DNA of 64,000 bases from assembly GCA_963826715.1 (NCBI GenBank), contig CAWGYA010000008.1:544001-608000 (forward strand), written 5' to 3'. Shown piece by piece: positions 59,900-64,000 of this stretch. Each line of letters opens with the position of its first letter. Position 1 is the first letter of the stretch. Under the pieces are notes generated by a model. It saw nothing but the letters and a program-made list of their open reading frames with translations, was not told where the DNA came from and did no database searches. The DNA is from Candidatus Bathyarchaeota archaeon (GTDB lineage: Archaea; Thermoproteota; Bathyarchaeia; Bathyarchaeales; Bathycorpusculaceae). Position numbers and translations under genes: made by a program.

Positions 59900-61933
59900 T
59901 TACACGTCGTTGTATAGCGATAATATGGCGGCCAAACGATACTTCAGGGTTTTGTTATCATTTTTTCTTGTCATAGCATTTACCAGAACATTTGGTTCAA
60001 TTTTTACGCAAATACCTTGACCGAGTGCTTCGTCTATTTTATCGGCATCTTCAATTTGAAATGCCCTGATAAATGGAAAAGCTTCCTTCGCAATAGTGAA
60101 CTCTTTGAGAAGGAACAAATACTTTAGGATCGCTTCCTTTTTCTCTGAATCTGAAAAAACAATTTTTGGATCTACTTGTTTGGCAAGTGTGGTTAGTTTT
60201 TTTATTTCAGCTATGAGCGCTGACTTAGAAGTAGGCTTGTTCTTTGAACCTGGACCAAATACAAAGTAGACTAATAGCATTCGTGTAAGATAATTTGGAT
60301 TGAGTTTATATTTTTCAGCCAAATAGGTCCAAACGATTTTACAATAATAATCCCAATCGCTAAAGAATCCAAAATAGAAGTCAAATGCATCAGCGAACGA
60401 TTCCCATAAAAGTTCAAACGAATCTTCCTGGAAAAATTCTTTTTTTCCTGTTTTAAGCATGGCTTCTCTTTGTTCCTCCATTCGCCGATAGATTTCACCG
60501 TTAGTTTGTTCTAATCTATTAAACGCTTCATGACCAACTTCGTGACCGCTGCCCCACCATTCCTCAGGTTTCATTTTTGTGTTGTTTGGCATGTTTATAA
60601 TGCCACCTTCAACCCAATAGAATTTATGTGCATACCCAAATACGCTACATCCAGTCCATGTTACACCAAAGGTTTTCAAATAGTAATTGACTAATGCTTC
60701 GTGTGACAAGAGAATTTTTAGGCTACCACCATATGATTCAAGGTTGAGATTTTTCAAACCCAACAAATTTGGAATTTGAATCCCAGAACAGCGTTGCTGA
60801 AAAATGAGGCGAAGACTATCAATTACAGTGTCATATAATTCCATTTGTTCATGATAAGCTTCTTTGTCTACTTTAATTACGGAAGAGGCAGCTTCATATA
60901 TTTCCAATAATTCCGAAAAGAAGGGAGTTAAGTCTTTTAACAAATATTTTGCAAAAGGATCTGTAGCAAGAGCTAGAAAAACATTATAATAATACCCAAA
61001 GTCATCCAGCATTTCAGGGGTTTTTGCGAGACACTTAGTAATCTTATCATCGGGTGTCGTTCCGGTCCATGTGATACTCGATAACCTACTAGCGGTATCA
61101 GAACTATGCCTAATTATGGTACTTGTAGAGTATATTGAAAAACGTTCGTTTTCAGATCTGATTTTCAATAACAGTTCAATTAGCTGTTTTAATGGAAGGT
61201 CGAATCTTGCAGTTACGTCATGAAAGCCAAACGTACTTGAAACATCTTTTCCCCCGTTGGTTCTAAGTTCTTCAAGTATTTCTTTTTCAGACCCTCCAGC
61301 CAAACTAACAAGTAATAATGCCTCGACGTTTTCTTTTGAATCCAATTGACCTGCTTTGATTTTGTTGTAGCTTACGCACGGTATGGTTGTTATATCCAAA
61401 AGAGGTAACTTTAGTTTTTCAATATTACTTTTAATTTCTGTAACAGCCTTGCTCACCTCATTAAAGCTTTCGCATGGAACCATGCAGACTATTTCCTCTA
61501 AACCCAATCCCCCAAAAACAAAAATGGGCAAGGTCATTGATTTGGATAGATAATTTGTAATTATCTGTTCAGTCTCTGTCCTATTTTCTTTTATTCCGTC
61601 CCAATCAAATCGCACACAACAGACACCCATAACAGCGGTGTTCAATGGCAATACTTTCTCTTGTGTTCCTTTTGGAACCCATTTGTACCCACAAATAGTA
61701 TTTCTATCTATAATGAATGGAAGAGGGTTTTTTCTGAGTCGGTTAATAAGGTGAAACTCGGTATTTTCCTCTATAATTACTATATCATATCTGCCTAAAC
61801 CCTTAAATAAGGTGGATTGTGGGCTAAATTTCGCGATACGGTCGAAAAGTTCGCGTTCTTTGCCCGGAACTGTCTGCAGTAACTTTATGGTTAAAACTTT
61901 GTCGCCTAAGAAACAGGCATCAATTAGTTCCAC
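59900..61933 (-). CDS. protein with three Lrp/AsnC (RAM)-like repeats and an HExxH metallopeptidase-like domain
   Basis: LFKGLGRYDIVI, VFGGLGLEEIVC, SSTFGFHDVTA repeats; GHEVGHE followed by ESFADAF. Confidence 0.6.
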   Translation of the reverse strand: MELIDACFLGDKVLTIKLLQTVPGKERELFDRIAKFSPQSTLFKGLGRYDIVIIEENTEFHLINRLRKNPLPFIIDRNTICGYKWVPKGTQEKVLPLNTAVMGVCCVRFDWDGIKENRTETEQIITNYLSKSMTLPIFVFGGLGLEEIVCMVPCESFNEVSKAVTEIKSNIEKLKLPLLDITTIPCVSYNKIKAGQLDSKENVEALLLVSLAGGSEKEILEELRTNGGKDVSSTFGFHDVTARFDLPLKQLIELLLKIRSENERFSIYSTSTIIRHSSDTASRLSSITWTGTTPDDKITKCLAKTPEMLDDFGYYYNVFLALATDPFAKYLLKDLTPFFSELLEIYEAASSVIKVDKEAYHEQMELYDTVIDSLRLIFQQRCSGIQIPNLLGLKNLNLESYGGSLKILLSHEALVNYYLKTFGVTWTGCSVFGYAHKFYWVEGGIINMPNNTKMKPEEWWGSGHEVGHEAFNRLEQTNGEIYRRMEEQREAMLKTGKKEFFQEDSFELLWESFADAFDFYFGFFSDWDYYCKIVWTYLAEKYKLNPNYLTRMLLVYFVFGPGSKNKPTSKSALIAEIKKLTTLAKQVDPKIVFSDSEKKEAILKYLFLLKEFTIAKEAFPFIRAFQIEDADKIDEALGQGICVKIEPNVLVNAMTRKNDNKTLKYRLAAILSLYNDV

Positions 61934-61964
61934 GGAAGCCCCTCGACGTAATTACCCTAGGTAC

Positions 61965-62171
61965 TTACTCTGCCAAAGCCTTATCTAATCCCTTAAGCGT
62001 GTTTCCGTAACCCATTTTCATCAATGCTTTTTCTGCGCGTTCAACGTTAAATTCTTTTCTGGGTACAACGGCATAGCTACGTCTAAATTCCTTTCGCAGG
62101 AGCGCTCTTTTGCAAGTTACTTTGAGTTTTTGGACTTTGTAAATGTCTAACGCCATTTTTTCACGCGCCAC
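61965..62171 (-). CDS. small basic protein upstream of the HExxH gene
   Basis: 68 aa, Lys/Arg-rich, 31 bp upstream of the 677-aa gene, with an upstream TTTTATA. Confidence 0.55.
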   Translation of the reverse strand: MAREKMALDIYKVQKLKVTCKRALLRKEFRRSYAVVPRKEFNVERAEKALMKMGYGNTLKGLDKALAE

Positions 62172-62462
62172 TTTTTTTTCAATTCACTATATTAATTTGT
62201 TTGTCTATAAAAGGTTTACATATTTAACAAAGTTGTTCAAAGAACAAAAGGTTTTCGGTACACAAATTTTAGAGAGAAAATTACTTGAATGAACTTTTAC
62301 GAATTGTATTTTTGGGAAGACGAAACCAATATGAGTCAACACAATGCGACCTTTATACAGATGGGATATTAAAGTCTATTTTATTCTAAATAGTTATTAT
62401 CAAATTAGGGCGTCAATCTAAAAAAGGGGTTATGCGGGAGATTTTGCCATTTTAACCTTATA

Positions 62463-62579
62463 GAAGCCATAAAAGATTAGTTTCGAGTATGTCAGACTAC
62501 TTTCTTTTCCTAAACAGCAATTAGATCAAGACCGTTTTTAAAGCCTACTTCGAGCAGTTTGAATGCTTCTTGCAGGTTT
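62463..62579 (+). repeat. attR-like direct repeat, copy 2 (117 bp), including a relic integrase 3' end
   Basis: Near-identical to 45431-45548. Minus strand encodes VENLQEAFKLLEVGFK and, in another frame, LLFRKRK*. Confidence 0.95.
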
Positions 62580-62868
62580 TCTACATTGTTTAGTTTAGAC
62601 AACTTAGCAATAGACAATTTGAAGAATAATTTATCTAAAGATAGCACAAAACAAGACAACAAGTAACTTGTACACATGATAAGAAGCAAAATAATGGCTT
62701 ATCGAGAGGTTTGCTGGGGCTCTGGACCAAACTTTAGGAGAAAAGATTTCAAATGCAAACACGATGAACTATGGCATTTTCACCGTAAACCAGAGTCCTC
62801 TCAGCCCTAAACTCTTTTCCAATTCTTTTAAACTATAATAAAAAAAAGAAAGATTGGTTTTGACCGTT

Positions 62869-64000
62869 CTAAGGTCGTTTTCTCAGTAGCAGCAGCGTCA
62901 GTAGAGCAAATCCTATTACTATTACAACAATTATCCCAGCAACGGCAGGAACAAAGTACGTCTCCGATAGCGATTCAGGTTGAGATGTTGGCTCTGTGGT
63001 TGGTTCAGGAGCTTCGTTGACTACAAAAGCTGTCTGTGCATAGGATGGATAGTATGATTTTGATCCTTCAAATGAAGCTATGACCGTGTATTTTCCGGGT
63101 ATGTCAGGTGTCCATTCAAGGTTATAGCAGCCAGTAGCATCGCTAATAGCAGTGCCAATATTGCGGTAGTTTCCGTTGGCATCCATGACGTCAATAGTAA
63201 CCGAAACACCAACAGTGTTCATAGGAAGTTCAAATTGTTTGTAGACATGCAGCATCCATTCACTTTGGCTCTCATCAGAAACAGCAGGAACACCAGTAGG
63301 GAAACGCATAGTCAAGGCAATGTCGTTAGTGCCGGGAGATACATCTGTAACAGTACCACGTATCATAAGTGAGGAACCAGACGGAACCCCTACATCGGGT
63401 GCGTTGACGGTAAGAGCGCTTGGACCTTTACCAACAGCGTAAACGCGTTGATCATAAGTATCCATAGTCACAAATACGCTATCACCGATAATTCCGCGTC
63501 CGCCCCAGCGAGTTTGTCGGAATAAGCCATCAGCAGTCCATATTTCTTCTCCAGTTGTTGCATTTAGACAGATAAACGGTGCACCACGAGGTCTAGGATT
63601 AATAGGTGAGTGCTCAGTATGGCCAAGATAGATTTTGTCGTCAGTGATAAACAATGGTTTTAGCCACCAAGTATCTTGGAACAAATAATCAGTGTATTTC
63701 TGTTTAGCTTCGTATTTCCAAAGTAACTCTCCTGTTTTAACATCAAAGCAATATGCGATTCCGCCAACGCTTGCGGTATATAGTTTACCATAAGCTATGC
63801 AACGAACATCTGAAGCTGAGTCGTCAACTGAGTCTAAGTAATGGGTCGGTTCAGAGGGGCCCCAAAGGAACTTGCCTGTCGTCAGATCGAATCCAAAGTG
63901 TTCTCTAGTCTCTTTTACCAGGAATACTGCAGCGTAGTCTTCTTGACTCCAAGCCATCCAACCGGCGCCAAAGCCGCTTATCGTTACTAGATCGTCCTCC
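62869..64000 (-). CDS. PQQ-type beta-propeller surface protein with a C-terminal membrane anchor; 5' end outside the window
   Basis: Repeated D..TG..LW blades, GTVTD.SPGT, VPAVSDES..EWM..VY.Q, Pro/Thr linker, TM + RKRP. The frame stays open to position 64000. Confidence 0.88.
   Translation of the reverse strand, partial: EDDLVTISGFGAGWMAWSQEDYAAVFLVKETREHFGFDLTTGKFLWGPSEPTHYLDSVDDSASDVRCIAYGKLYTASVGGIAYCFDVKTGELLWKYEAKQKYTDYLFQDTWWLKPLFITDDKIYLGHTEHSPINPRPRGAPFICLNATTGEEIWTADGLFRQTRWGGRGIIGDSVFVTMDTYDQRVYAVGKGPSALTVNAPDVGVPSGSSLMIRGTVTDVSPGTNDIALTMRFPTGVPAVSDESQSEWMLHVYKQFELPMNTVGVSVTIDVMDANGNYRNIGTAISDATGCYNLEWTPDIPGKYTVIASFEGSKSYYPSYAQTAFVVNEAPEPTTEPTSQPESLSETYFVPAVAGIIVVIVIGFALLTLLLLRKRP

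Larger units (their letters stand above)
45431..62579. mobile_element. ~17 kb integrated element (integrative plasmid / provirus remnant / satellite-like)
   Basis: Flanking direct repeat, terminal tyrosine integrase, primpol-helicase, RHH regulator, R-M and phage-type cargo; right half visibly AT-richer. Confidence 0.93.

Overview
Archaeal chromosome segment, probably Candidatus Bathyarchaeia. This is inferred from the eukaryote-type r-proteins S6e/S24e/S27ae, aIF2-gamma, Rpo7/Spt4, an arcadin-1-like gene, a membrane-anchored PQQ-type beta-propeller protein and a Zn-ribbon tyrosine integrase. Positions 1-45.4 kb are mostly housekeeping genes, plus a clear fluoride riboswitch in front of crcB/DUF190 and a tRNA-Glu(TTC). 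Positions 45431-62579 hold a ~17 kb integrated element bounded by a ~118-bp direct repeat that starts in the 3' end of a protein-coding gene (UPF0147). The element carries an integrase, a primpol-PriL-helicase replicase, regulators, a Type III R-M locus, a ParB/ABC-ATPase/GNAT module, a terminase-small-subunit-like HTH gene and an unusual tandem Lrp/AsnC-domain + HExxH protein. The most striking signal is the apparently ORF-free AT-rich stretch 54845-56237. It is the 5' ~1.4 kb of the mod methyltransferase gene, still colinear but destroyed by dense, strand-specific loss of G (G>A, then G>T), while its 3' end and the res gene are clean. This is either localised hypermutation or a sequencing/consensus artefact, and raw reads would decide. 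All protein assignments come from motif recognition by eye; no database searches were run.
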